A DNA stretch of 64,000 nucleotides from an uncultured Candidatus Rokubacteria bacterium (GTDB lineage Bacteria > Methylomirabilota > Methylomirabilia > Rokubacteriales > DASRDR01), in assembly GCA_963804185.1 (NCBI GenBank), contig CAWDPM010000001.1, positions 60,822 to 124,821 on the forward strand. Reading direction: 5' to 3'. The stretch's first letter is position 1, and each line of letters opens with the position of its first letter. Both the position numbers and the translations under genes were made by a program. The notes beneath the pieces are model-generated. The model had not been told where the DNA came from. It ran no database searches and saw only the letters and a program-made list of their open reading frames with translations. Shown one piece after another: positions 28,610-37,077 of the stretch.

Positions 28610-28660
28610 GGCCGACCCTCGTCGGCCCCTCGTCGGCCACCTCGTCGGCCACCTCGTCGG
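28610..28660. repeat. 12-nt tandem repeat (about 3.7 copies); its start forms a 7-bp GC hairpin
   Basis: ggccgac-cctc-gtcggcc hairpin at 28610-28627, then cctcgtcggcca repeated to 28660. There is no U-tract, so a terminator role is only a possibility. Confidence 0.7.
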
Positions 28661-28661
28661 A

Positions 28662-28690
28662 TTGACACTCCGCCGCGGGCTCCGTAGACT
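28662..28690 (+). promoter_or_regulatory. candidate sigma-70 promoter for the transglycosylase gene
   Basis: TTGACA (28662-28667), 17 nt, TAGACT (28685-28690). 20 nt upstream of ATG 28710. Confidence 0.35.
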
Positions 28691-28709
28691 GACGGCCGGC
28701 AAACCCACG

Positions 28710-29456
28710 ATGGCCCGGGCGGTGTCAGTCTTCGTCGCTCTTCTGTCACTCGGCGTCGTCACCGGCCCGGCCGGTGCCGGCTCGCTGTACCAGTTCAAGG
28801 ACGAGGAGGGCGTCGTCCACTACACCAACGTGCCCTCTGATCCCCGGTACCGCTTCGCCCGAGAGGATCCGGAGCCAGTCGTGGTCCAGGCGACCGTGGC
28901 CGAGACGGGCGGGGCGCTCTCCCGAGGGCTCCGCGCCTTCGCCCACATCATCCGCGCCGCGGCCGAGCGCTACGGCGTGGACACGAGGCTGGTCGAAGCG
29001 ATCGTCCAGACCGAGTCGGCCGGCAATCCGACCGCCGTCTCGCCGAAGGGCGCGCGGGGGTTGATGCAGCTCATGCCGGAGCGCGCCGCCGAGCTGGGTG
29101 TCCGGAACTCGTTCGATCCCCACCAGAACGTGGACGGTGGGGTCCGCCACGTGCGGGATCTGCTCCAGCGGTTCGGGGGCGACGTGACGCTGGCCCTCGC
29201 GGCGTACAACGCCGGTGAGGGCGCGGTCCGGACTCACGGGGGCGTCCCGCCGTTCGCGGAGACGCGGGAGTACGTCAGGCGCGTGCGCGCGATGTACGAC
29301 GGCGCGGGATCTCCGGTGCCAAAGGCCGTCAACCCGGACGCGTCCGAGCCGGACGCGACGCCTCAGCGCATCTACCGCACCGTCGCGGACGACGGCACGC
29401 TCACCTACACGAACTTGCCGCCCCGCACCGCCGACCCCGCCGCCAAGCGCTTCTAG
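28710..29456 (+). CDS. lytic transglycosylase (SLT domain) flanked by DUF4124-like segments
   Basis: Signal peptide MARAVSVFVALLSLGVVTGPAGA, SLYQFKDEEGVVHYTNVP, the SLT core ESAGNPTAVSPKGARGLMQLMP...AYNAGEGAV, and a C-terminal IYRTVADDGTLTYTNLPP. Confidence 0.85.
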   Translation: MARAVSVFVALLSLGVVTGPAGAGSLYQFKDEEGVVHYTNVPSDPRYRFAREDPEPVVVQATVAETGGALSRGLRAFAHIIRAAAERYGVDTRLVEAIVQTESAGNPTAVSPKGARGLMQLMPERAAELGVRNSFDPHQNVDGGVRHVRDLLQRFGGDVTLALAAYNAGEGAVRTHGGVPPFAETREYVRRVRAMYDGAGSPVPKAVNPDASEPDATPQRIYRTVADDGTLTYTNLPPRTADPAAKRF

Positions 29457-29962
29457 GCCGAACGGCTTCTCAAGGCCCGACCGTTCGTCGCGGCGCCCGG
29501 CTCGCCCGGCATCCTCGACCTGCGCTCCAGCCGCCCTGCCCGCCTCGCTCCGCCACCCCCGCCGCCAGGGCGCGTCTCGGCCCGACCGCTTCCTTGGGCC
29601 CAACCATTCCTTGAGGCCGAGCAGGTCGCCGGGCCGGGCACCTTGACCTGCGCTCCGGCGCGTGACCTTGCCGCCCCGCATCGCCGCCGCCAGGGCGCCT
29701 CTCGGCCCGACCGCTTCCTTGGGCCCAACCATTCCTTGAGGCCGACCGGTCGCCGGCCCGGGCATCCTTGACCTGCGCTCCGGCGCGTGACCTTGGGGCC
29801 CCGCACCGCCGCCGCCGGACCGCCTCTTGGATCTATCGCTTCCTGTCCCGACGTTCCGGCCGACCCGGAGGGCCGGGCGCCGGGCATCGCTTGCCCGGGC
29901 TCCGGCCGTGCCGTGGCCGAAGCCCTGGCCGAATCCTCCCGGGCTCTCGCGCGCCGCCAGGG
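29414..29962. repeat. About 125-bp tandem array (about 4.4 copies) starting inside the 3' end of the transglycosylase CDS and filling the whole intergenic region
   Basis: Unit phases marked by cttgccgccccgcaccgcc (29414, in the CDS), about 29540 (diverged), cttgccgccccgcatcgcc (29667), cttggggccccgcaccgcc (29792), and a partial copy at 29951. Units 29561-29685 and 29686-29810 are about 92% identical. Confidence 0.8.
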
Positions 29963-29965
29963 CCG

Positions 29966-30472
29966 CTACGAGAAGGGCTGGCCGTATCGCTCCCGATGCG
30001 CGACCGTCGCCAGCGCCTTGCGGTCTTTCTGGCCTCGCCCCACGGTTCCGGCCGGATAGCCGAATGGAAGGATCGCAAGGACATCGAGCTTGGCCGGGAT
30101 GCCGAGCAGCGTCTTGACCTCCTCCAACCCTCCGAACCCAACCCAGTTGGAGCCCACCCCATCGGCCCAGGCGGCGAGGAGCATGGACTGGATCGCCCGG
30201 CTCGCATCCGACACGGCGAACGGCGTCCGATCGACTAGGACCACCACCGCGGCCCCCGCCTGGGCGACATGCGCCCCGGTCCGCGCGAGCGCGCCGAGCT
30301 TCTGGAGGGTCTTCCGATCCTGCACGACGATGAAGTGCCACGGTTGCATGTTCTTCGCGCTCCCGGTGAGGCGCCCCGCCTCGACGACGCGCCGAAGCGT
30401 CGCCTCGGGGACCGGCTTGTCCTGGTAGCGCCGCACCGCCAGCATCGTGCGGATCGTCTCGAAGACGTCCAT
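29966..30472 (-). CDS. nitroreductase-family protein
   Basis: 168 aa, MDVFETIRTMLAVRRYQDKPVPEATLRRVVEAGRLTGSAKNMQPWHFIVV. Confidence 0.85.
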   Translation of the reverse strand: MDVFETIRTMLAVRRYQDKPVPEATLRRVVEAGRLTGSAKNMQPWHFIVVQDRKTLQKLGALARTGAHVAQAGAAVVVLVDRTPFAVSDASRAIQSMLLAAWADGVGSNWVGFGGLEEVKTLLGIPAKLDVLAILPFGYPAGTVGRGQKDRKALATVAHRERYGQPFS

Positions 30473-30539
30473 CGCGGGGATCCTTTCCGCGCCTCGCGCG
30501 TTCTCACGCCACGGTCACCGGCTTCCGCCTCCGCCCGAG

Positions 30540-31040
30540 TCACACGTCCCGCACCAGCTCCAGCTCCGACAGGGAGGGCGTGTGATCGAGGGGCTGGCTC
30601 CTGCCGGTCGGTCTGAAGCCACAACGGCGATACAGCGCGAGCGCCGCCTGGTTCGTCGAGGTCACCCAGAGGTACAGCCGCGCCAGGCCCCGATCCCGGG
30701 CCCACGCGCTCACGCTCTCGACCAGCGCGGCGCCGACCCCCCGTCCACGCGCCCCCGGCTCGACGAACATCCCGACCAGCTCGAGACGAGGCCCCTCCGG
30801 ATCGCGGAAGATCCCGGTGGCCACACCGATCCAGCGCTCTCCCTCCTCGGCGACGTACGTCACCAGGTCCTCGCCCGTGGCGCCGCGCGCGGCGCGCTCC
30901 TGCCAGACGCCGTCGGCGAATGCCTCCTCACTCGCCAGCGTGGACCCGAAGGCCAGGGGGGCGTCGGCCAGCGCCCGGAGGCGCAGGCCTCGCAAGCGGA
31001 GGCCCTCGTCAGGTCGAATCCGGCGGACGATGGGGGTCAC
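30540..31040 (-). CDS. GNAT-family N-acetyltransferase
   Basis: 166 aa, ...LVGMFVEPGARGRGVGAALVESV.... Confidence 0.8.
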   Translation of the reverse strand: MTPIVRRIRPDEGLRLRGLRLRALADAPLAFGSTLASEEAFADGVWQERAARGATGEDLVTYVAEEGERWIGVATGIFRDPEGPRLELVGMFVEPGARGRGVGAALVESVSAWARDRGLARLYLWVTSTNQAALALYRRCGFRPTGRSQPLDHTPSLSELELVRDV

Positions 31041-31214
31041 CCCTCGTGCTGGCCGTCACGCCGGCGCGCGAAGCGAGACGACGGGGCAGGAGCGCGCGCG
31101 GCCACGCGGGTCGCGTGACCCGTCCGAGTCCGGAGGCCCGGGGCAACTCGCTTGCGATCGCGCGTGCGGGTGGGCGGCCCGCCGATGCCCAGCGTTGGCA
31201 GTTGAGGGCGTGGG

Positions 31215-31859
31215 TCAGTTCGGCTCCAGCGTGACGACGCTGGTGCGCGCATCGATCGTCACGGAGAAGAGCGACAGGAAATCTCGCCCGAGCAGGCCAT
31301 CGGCCTGCGGAAGGCCCGCATCGTGGGCAACGATCGCCAGAGGCCCGACGCGCGCGTTCCCCACTTCGACCGACTCGACCGAGACCACGTCCGCCCGCGT
31401 CGCGCCGGTCACGCCCCGGATCTCGGCGCTGTAGGTGTTTGGCGCAAGGATCCCAAGGCGGGCCAGAGCCTCCGGAGTCACCATCGTCCGGTCGGCCCCC
31501 GTGTCGAGCACCAGCGTGACCGGGCCGGCCCCGTTGATCTGCGCGGCGACCAGGATCGGTGCGCCGGCCACGAACGGGATCGTCGTCGTCCCGGCGCGCG
31601 CGGCCGCCGGTGACTCGGACGCCGGTGAATCGGCCGGGGAGACCGCCATGGGACGGGCGGCGGCCCGGTAGCGCTCCGGCACACTCTCGATCCCGGTCGT
31701 GAAGTGAACGACTCCCTGATCGTCCACCCAGTGGTAGACCTGGGCCCCCGCGCTCGTGACGAGGGCGCCGCTCGTGAGCAGCGCGGTCAGGATCAGGCGC
31801 CAGGCGCGGGCGCGGTGCCACGAACGTCGACCGGACGGCGGCGGGATCATCTCGACCAC
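31215..31859 (-). CDS. DUF4124 plus retropepsin-like (clan AA) aspartic protease
   Basis: Signal anchor, QVYHWVDDQGVVHFTTG, then INGAGPVTLVLDTGADRTMV (the DTGA catalytic motif). Confidence 0.7.
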   Translation of the reverse strand: MVEMIPPPSGRRSWHRARAWRLILTALLTSGALVTSAGAQVYHWVDDQGVVHFTTGIESVPERYRAAARPMAVSPADSPASESPAAARAGTTTIPFVAGAPILVAAQINGAGPVTLVLDTGADRTMVTPEALARLGILAPNTYSAEIRGVTGATRADVVSVESVEVGNARVGPLAIVAHDAGLPQADGLLGRDFLSLFSVTIDARTSVVTLEPN

Positions 31860-31981
31860 CCCGAGGTACCAATTACTATACTCTCACCGAAATCCTCCCG
31901 ACGCTGCCCGTCATCGATTCGCCCGACATCCTCGGGGACCTACGAAGGTCGGCGCCCCGACCCTCGGGCCCGATCCCGAGC

Positions 31982-33508
31982 TCAGAAGGTCCCGCGGTCG
32001 AGCGTCCGGTAGGCGAGGGCCTCGGCCAAATGATCGACCGCGATCGCGTCGGCGCCCGCGAGGTCGGCGATCGTCCGGGCCACTTTGAGGACACGGTCGT
32101 GGGCGCGGGCCGAGAGCCCCAGCCGCGCGGCCGCCCGCGCGAGCAGTGCCCGGCCCGCGGGCGGCAGCGAGCAGTGGCGGGCGAGCTGGCGCGGCGTCAA
32201 CCGCGCGTTGACGGAGACATGCCCCCGTCCGGCGCGCGCCCGTTGGCGCTCGCGGGCTCGGGACACCCGCCGCTGGACCGCGGCCGAGTCCGGGGACTCG
32301 CTGTTGCCGGGCAGGGCCGTCTCGAGCAGCATCGGCCCCACGTCGACGTGAAGGTCGATCCGGTCGAGGAACGGTGCCGAGAGCCGGCCCAGATAGCGCG
32401 CCCGCTCACCGGGCGTGCACGTGCAGCCGTCCACGCTCCGGCAGCCCCGCCGGCACGGGTTCATCGCGCCCACGAGCTGGACCTCGGCCGGGAGCCTCAC
32501 CGATCCTCCGACCCGCGCGACCGTCACCACGCCATCCTCCAGGGGCTGGCGGAGCGTGTCCAGCACGTGCGGGGCAAACTCCGGCAGCTCGTCCAGGAAG
32601 AGCACGCCGAGGTGGGCCAGGCTGACCTCGCCGGGGTGCGGCGGCCGCCCCCCGCCCACCAGGCCCGCCGGCGAGACCGTGTGGTGTGGCGCGCGGAACG
32701 GCCGTCGCGTCACCAGGCCCTCCGAAGGCAAGAGCCCTGCCACGCTCCAGACCCGGCTCACCTCGATCGCCTCGGCCAGCGTGAGCGGCGGCAGCACGGT
32801 GGGCAGCCGCCGCGCGAGCAGCGTCTTGCCGGTCCCGGGCGGGCCGATCAGCAGCACGTGATGGCCGCCGGCGGCCGCGATCTCCAGCGCCCGCTTGGCG
32901 TGCGCTTGCCCCCGCACATCCCCGAAGTCGAGGTCGTCGGAAGGCGTGGCGACGAGAAGCTGGCCGGGATCCGCTCGCGCGCTGGCGATCGGGCGCTCGT
33001 CGTTGAGGAACGCCGCGGCCTCCGCCAGGGAGGCAACGGGATAGACCGCGAGCGCCTCGAGCACCGCCGCTTCCCTCGTGTTCCCGGGGCTCAGGACACA
33101 TCCCTCCAGCCCCGAATGCCGGGCTCGGAGCGCCATCGGAAGCACACCGCGGACGGGATGGATGGCCCCGTCGAGGGCAAGCTCGCCCACGACGAGGAGG
33201 CCCGCGAGCCGCTCGGGCTTGACCGCCCCGGTCGCCGCCAGGAGCCCGAGCGCGATCGGCAGATCGAAGCTGACGCCCTCCTTCCGAACGTCGGCGGGCG
33301 CGAGGTTGACGGTCACCCGCTCGAGGGGAAATGCGAACCCCGAGTTCCGGATCGCCGTGCGGACCCGCTCCCGGCTCTCGCGCACCGCGGGATCCGGCAG
33401 GCCAACCGTCGCGAACGTGGGCAATCCCTGGCTCACGTCGACCTCGACCCGGACCAGCGCCGCCTCGACCCCGGCGAGGCACGCGGAGAAGACCCGCGCC
33501 AGCATCAC
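31982..33508 (-). CDS. comM: YifB/ComM-family Mg-chelatase-like AAA+ ATPase
   Basis: 508 aa. Lon-protease-like N-domain, HHVLLIGPPGTGKTLLARRLP, VLFLDELPEF. Confidence 0.9.
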   Translation of the reverse strand: MMLARVFSACLAGVEAALVRVEVDVSQGLPTFATVGLPDPAVRESRERVRTAIRNSGFAFPLERVTVNLAPADVRKEGVSFDLPIALGLLAATGAVKPERLAGLLVVGELALDGAIHPVRGVLPMALRARHSGLEGCVLSPGNTREAAVLEALAVYPVASLAEAAAFLNDERPIASARADPGQLLVATPSDDLDFGDVRGQAHAKRALEIAAAGGHHVLLIGPPGTGKTLLARRLPTVLPPLTLAEAIEVSRVWSVAGLLPSEGLVTRRPFRAPHHTVSPAGLVGGGRPPHPGEVSLAHLGVLFLDELPEFAPHVLDTLRQPLEDGVVTVARVGGSVRLPAEVQLVGAMNPCRRGCRSVDGCTCTPGERARYLGRLSAPFLDRIDLHVDVGPMLLETALPGNSESPDSAAVQRRVSRARERQRARAGRGHVSVNARLTPRQLARHCSLPPAGRALLARAAARLGLSARAHDRVLKVARTIADLAGADAIAVDHLAEALAYRTLDRGTF

Positions 33509-33789
33509 CGGCCTCGCGTAGGCGGCGCCGAATCCTGCGGAGCGGCGGTCGCCGGACTCGTCCAGCCCACGCGGAGACTCGTTGCAAGGGACGCTCCGGT
33601 ACGCCGCGCGCCCGGACCCCGGGTTTTGCGGGCGCCAAGCCCGTCCGGCGGCCGGCCCGCCGCGTCAAAGCCATACGGGGCGTATCCGCTAAGAGAGGCT
33701 GCGGGTGAGCTGTTCGAGGGGACGCGCTCACGCTAGGACGTGTTTGGGGGCTGAACGTCCGACCCGGTTCCGGGTCGAGAGCGTGGGAC

Positions 33790-35337
33790 CTATCGACCGG
33801 CCGGAACCCCCTCAGGCTCGGGAGATAGCCGCCCCGGTACGGTGAAGGTGAAGGTCGAGCCCTTGCCCACCTCGCTGGTAACCCAGATCCGGCCGCCATG
33901 CAGCTCCACGAACTTTTTCGTCAGCGTGAGTCCGAGCCCGGTGCCCTCCTGTCGCTGCTCACCGCTCCCGACCTGACGAAATTCCTGAAAGATCGTGGCC
34001 TGATCCTCGGGACCGATGCCTACTCCGGTGTCACGGATCGCGACCTCGACGGTCCCGGCCGGCACGCCAGTACCGTTTGCCAGGCTCGCCGTCACGCCAA
34101 CCCGCCCACCGTCCTGAGTGAACTTCACCGCATTGGACAGGAGGTTAAGCAGGATCTGCTTGATCTTGCGCTCGTCGGCCACAATCGCGCCGATCTCCGG
34201 GTCCACGAGGAGATCGAGCGCGATCCCGTGGCGAGTCGCCCGCTCTCGGACGAGCGTGACTGCGTTGTCGAGCGCCGCCGGCAGGTCAAAGCGGCCGAGC
34301 TCCAGCTCCATCCGCCCCGCCTCCACTTTCGAGAGGTCGAGGATGTCGTTGATGAGCGAGAGCAGGTGCCGCCCGGAGCTGAGGATGTCCTGCAGGTACT
34401 CGGCCTGCTTGTCGTTCAGCTCGCCGAACATGCGCTCGTGAAGAACCTCCGAGAAGCCGATGATCGCGTTCAGCGGCGTGCGCAGCTCGTGGGACATGTT
34501 GGCGAGGAACTCCGACTTGTGGCGGTTGGCGGCCTCGACCTGCCGGTAGAGGCGCCCCAGCTCTTCGTTCATCCGGTTCAGGTTGGCGGCGAGCGCGCCC
34601 AGCTCATCCCGATTCGGCACCTCAACCGATTTCGAGAAGTCACCGGACGCGATCTCGCGAAGGCGCGCGTCCATCCGCTTGACCGGCCCGATGAGCGACC
34701 AGGAAATCGCGTAGCCCAGGAGGAGAGCCAGCAGGATCGATCCCACTGCGAAGCCGATGACGACCTTCCGCGAGGTCACGTAGGCGGCGTGGCTGGCCTC
34801 GACGCTCGCCACCATGTCGGCCTCGGCCTTGTTGACCAGCTCGTTGGTGAGGCGCTCCAGGCGATCGGCCAGTGGGGCAGCCTTGGTCTGCTGGAGCTCC
34901 CGCCCCGCCTCGCCCTGGCCCTGGCGAATCAGCTCGATGACCTGGGTCACGACCTTGATGAACTCCTCGTAATCCTCACGAACCCGGCCAAACAGCGCGA
35001 CCTCGTCCTGGGCGACGAAGGCGACGCGGTCGAGGTCGTAGCCAAACTGGTTCAGCTGGCGCAGGGTTGCCTCGAGTGTTCGCGCGTCCGGACGCACGAG
35101 GGCCGACGCCACGCTGTAGAGCTGGCCCGTGGCGTCATGCTGGAGCTGGCGGTAGGCCGCGATCTTCCGCTGGAACTTGACGAGATCCTCGGCGCGGCGA
35201 TTCACGCCGCTCAACACCTGGAGTCCGACGGCGCCGACGACGATGAGGAGCCCGGCGATGATGAGGAACGCGACCAGGAGCTTGGCGTGGACTCCCGCGG
35301 GCAGTCGCGCGACTAGCCGGGGGAGCCACTCGGTCAC
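33790..35337 (-). CDS. sensor histidine kinase (periplasmic helical sensor, HAMP, HisKA, HATPase_c)
   Basis: 515 aa. Two TM helices flank a helical domain of about 165 aa. HAMP, H-box EFLANMSHELRTPLN, G-boxes DTGVGI and GTGLGL. Confidence 0.9.
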   Translation of the reverse strand: MTEWLPRLVARLPAGVHAKLLVAFLIIAGLLIVVGAVGLQVLSGVNRRAEDLVKFQRKIAAYRQLQHDATGQLYSVASALVRPDARTLEATLRQLNQFGYDLDRVAFVAQDEVALFGRVREDYEEFIKVVTQVIELIRQGQGEAGRELQQTKAAPLADRLERLTNELVNKAEADMVASVEASHAAYVTSRKVVIGFAVGSILLALLLGYAISWSLIGPVKRMDARLREIASGDFSKSVEVPNRDELGALAANLNRMNEELGRLYRQVEAANRHKSEFLANMSHELRTPLNAIIGFSEVLHERMFGELNDKQAEYLQDILSSGRHLLSLINDILDLSKVEAGRMELELGRFDLPAALDNAVTLVRERATRHGIALDLLVDPEIGAIVADERKIKQILLNLLSNAVKFTQDGGRVGVTASLANGTGVPAGTVEVAIRDTGVGIGPEDQATIFQEFRQVGSGEQRQEGTGLGLTLTKKFVELHGGRIWVTSEVGKGSTFTFTVPGRLSPEPEGVPAGR

Positions 35338-35941
35338 CGCGCCGGTGCCTCCCGGAGCACGCTCTGGAGATCCCGGAAGAACTCCTCGGGATCGAACCGC
35401 ACTCCCATGTACTGGACGCGAAGCACCCCTCCGGGGTCGACGATTGAGGTCAAGAACGTGTGATCCACGTCGCCCCGCGCCGTCTTCCGGGCGACCACCC
35501 CGTAGCGGCGCACCACGTCCTGAATCTCTGCCGGGCTGCCCGTCAGGAAGGCCCAGCCGGCCGGGTCCGCCCCATGCGCCCGGGCGTAGTGACGGAGTGC
35601 GTCCGGCGTGTCTCGCTCCGGGTCGACGGTGATGGACACGAACTGGACCCGTCGGCCGAAATCCGAACCGAGGCGCTGTTGGAGACCCGCCAGCTTGGCG
35701 GTGAGGAGCGGGCAGGTATCGGCGCAGGTCGCGTAGATGAAGGTGACCGCGACCACCCGGCCGCGGAGATCCGCGAGGGACAGCCGGTTCCCATCCGTCC
35801 CGGTCAGCGTGAACGCGGGCGCCGGTCCGATCTTCGCGAGCCGGCCGCCTTCCTTGCCTGGTGGGCGACGGAGACGGTCGCGCCGGCGACGAGGATCGTC
35901 ACCCCGAGCGTGACGCCGGCGACGGTGCCGCGCGGCCGCAC
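35334..35941 (-). CDS. SCO1/SenC-family protein (thioredoxin fold), one frameshift as sequenced
   Basis: Mature part reads LAKIGPAPAFTLTGTDGNRLSLADLRGRVVAVTFIYATCADTCP.... The signal anchor VRPRGTVAGVTLGVTILVAGATVSVA from GTG 35941 is in another frame, with the shift near 35835. Confidence 0.75.
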
Positions 35942-35945
35942 GGCC

Positions 35946-36965
35946 CTATCCCTTCAGCTCCCGCTTCAGCTCGTTGAGGAAGCGCCAGTCCGTGCCTTGG
36001 CCGAGGATCTTCTCAGGGCTCGAGGTGATCATCCCTATCCCGCGCAGATGCTGCACGTTAAAGCGCACTGTCTCCTCCGGGTCATACTCACGCCACTTCG
36101 CGTAGGCGTTCTCCGTCAGGATCTGCACGATATCGTTACGTGTCGTGGTGACGCCGCGATCGATGAGGGCCACCGCAACCCGCTCCGGATTTAGGGCACA
36201 GACGTCAGCGCCCTTCAGGATCGCCCGCAGCGCTCGCTTGGCTGCGATCGGGTGACGCTGCACGAAGTCGCGAGTCGCCGCGATCATGCAGCAGAAATGC
36301 TGTGACCATGGGGAATCCGTTGAAGTGTTGACCAGTGATCGTCCCGCCCTTCGCCGCCGGAACTCGTAGGCGGTCGGCGCAGAGGTGGGGACGGCGTCGA
36401 TCTCTCCGGCCACCAGGAGTCGCATCGCCTCGGCCACCGGGCGCGCTACCCACGTGACCCCCCGCGGGTCGACGCCGGCATAGGCCAGCATGGTCGAGAG
36501 AAAGATGTGCTCACCCGATCCGAGAGCCGGTACGGCTACAATCCTTCCCCGGAGATCGGCGAGGGAACCGACGCCCTGCCTCGCGAACACCTCGTGACAG
36601 CCGGTGTGGACACCGGCTAACACAAGCAGCGGCGCCCCTGCATCTAGCTGGATCGCGAGCGGCCCGATAAAGTCGATGCCGATGTCCGCGCGACTCGATG
36701 CCAAGGCATCCGCGGTCCTTCCCATCGCCGGGACCTGACGTAGATCGGTGAACCCCTCCGCCGGCAGCAACTCCTCCGCCATGTGCAGAGGAGCGACGAC
36801 ACAGAGCCCGGAAGTCCGCGAGATCCGGAGCGTGGCGGTCTCGGGCAGTGGCTCAGCACCGGCTCGGCTGAGTGACCCCAGGGCACCGATCGTTCCGGCA
36901 AGGAACGTCTTCGCCAAGAATTCTCGCCGTCTCATTCTCTTCACCGACACCTTTTCCGCATTCAT
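35946..36965 (-). CDS. Tat-signal periplasmic substrate-binding protein, NMT1/SsuA-like (paralogue 1)
   Basis: MNAEKVSVKRMRRREFLAKTFLAGTIGALG...; ends GTDWRFLNELKRELKG. Confidence 0.8.
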   Translation of the reverse strand: MNAEKVSVKRMRRREFLAKTFLAGTIGALGSLSRAGAEPLPETATLRISRTSGLCVVAPLHMAEELLPAEGFTDLRQVPAMGRTADALASSRADIGIDFIGPLAIQLDAGAPLLVLAGVHTGCHEVFARQGVGSLADLRGRIVAVPALGSGEHIFLSTMLAYAGVDPRGVTWVARPVAEAMRLLVAGEIDAVPTSAPTAYEFRRRRAGRSLVNTSTDSPWSQHFCCMIAATRDFVQRHPIAAKRALRAILKGADVCALNPERVAVALIDRGVTTTRNDIVQILTENAYAKWREYDPEETVRFNVQHLRGIGMITSSPEKILGQGTDWRFLNELKRELKG

Positions 36966-37018
36966 CAACTTTTCAGTTCCTTCTTCAGTTCGTTGAAGAA
37001 GCGCCAGTCGGTGCTCTA
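36965..37018 (-). pseudogene. 51-nt relic of the 3' end of a fourth SBP paralogue
   Basis: Minus strand reads TAG-AGC ACC GAC TGG CGC TTC TTC AAC GAA CTG AAG AAG GAA CTG AAA AGT TGA, which is *STDWRFFNELKKELKS*. This matches the C-termini of the three intact paralogues. Its TGA overlaps the ATG of paralogue 1. Confidence 0.7.
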
Positions 37019-37077
37019 TCGCCGCGGGGAACGCCCGGTCACCGTCTCGGCCTGGGCGCGAGCTCGGAGCTCTCTAC

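Noticed and set aside
29453-30238. ORFs inside the 125-bp tandem array (for example 29453..29887-, 29768..30238+)
   Set aside because: They are generated by the repeat periodicity, have a low-complexity Arg/Pro/Gly composition, and show no start context.
33760-33777. Hairpin cgacccgg-tt-ccgggtcg downstream of the histidine kinase as an intrinsic terminator
   Set aside because: The 8-bp GC stem is real, but no U-tract follows it on the minus strand. Evidence is insufficient to call a terminator.
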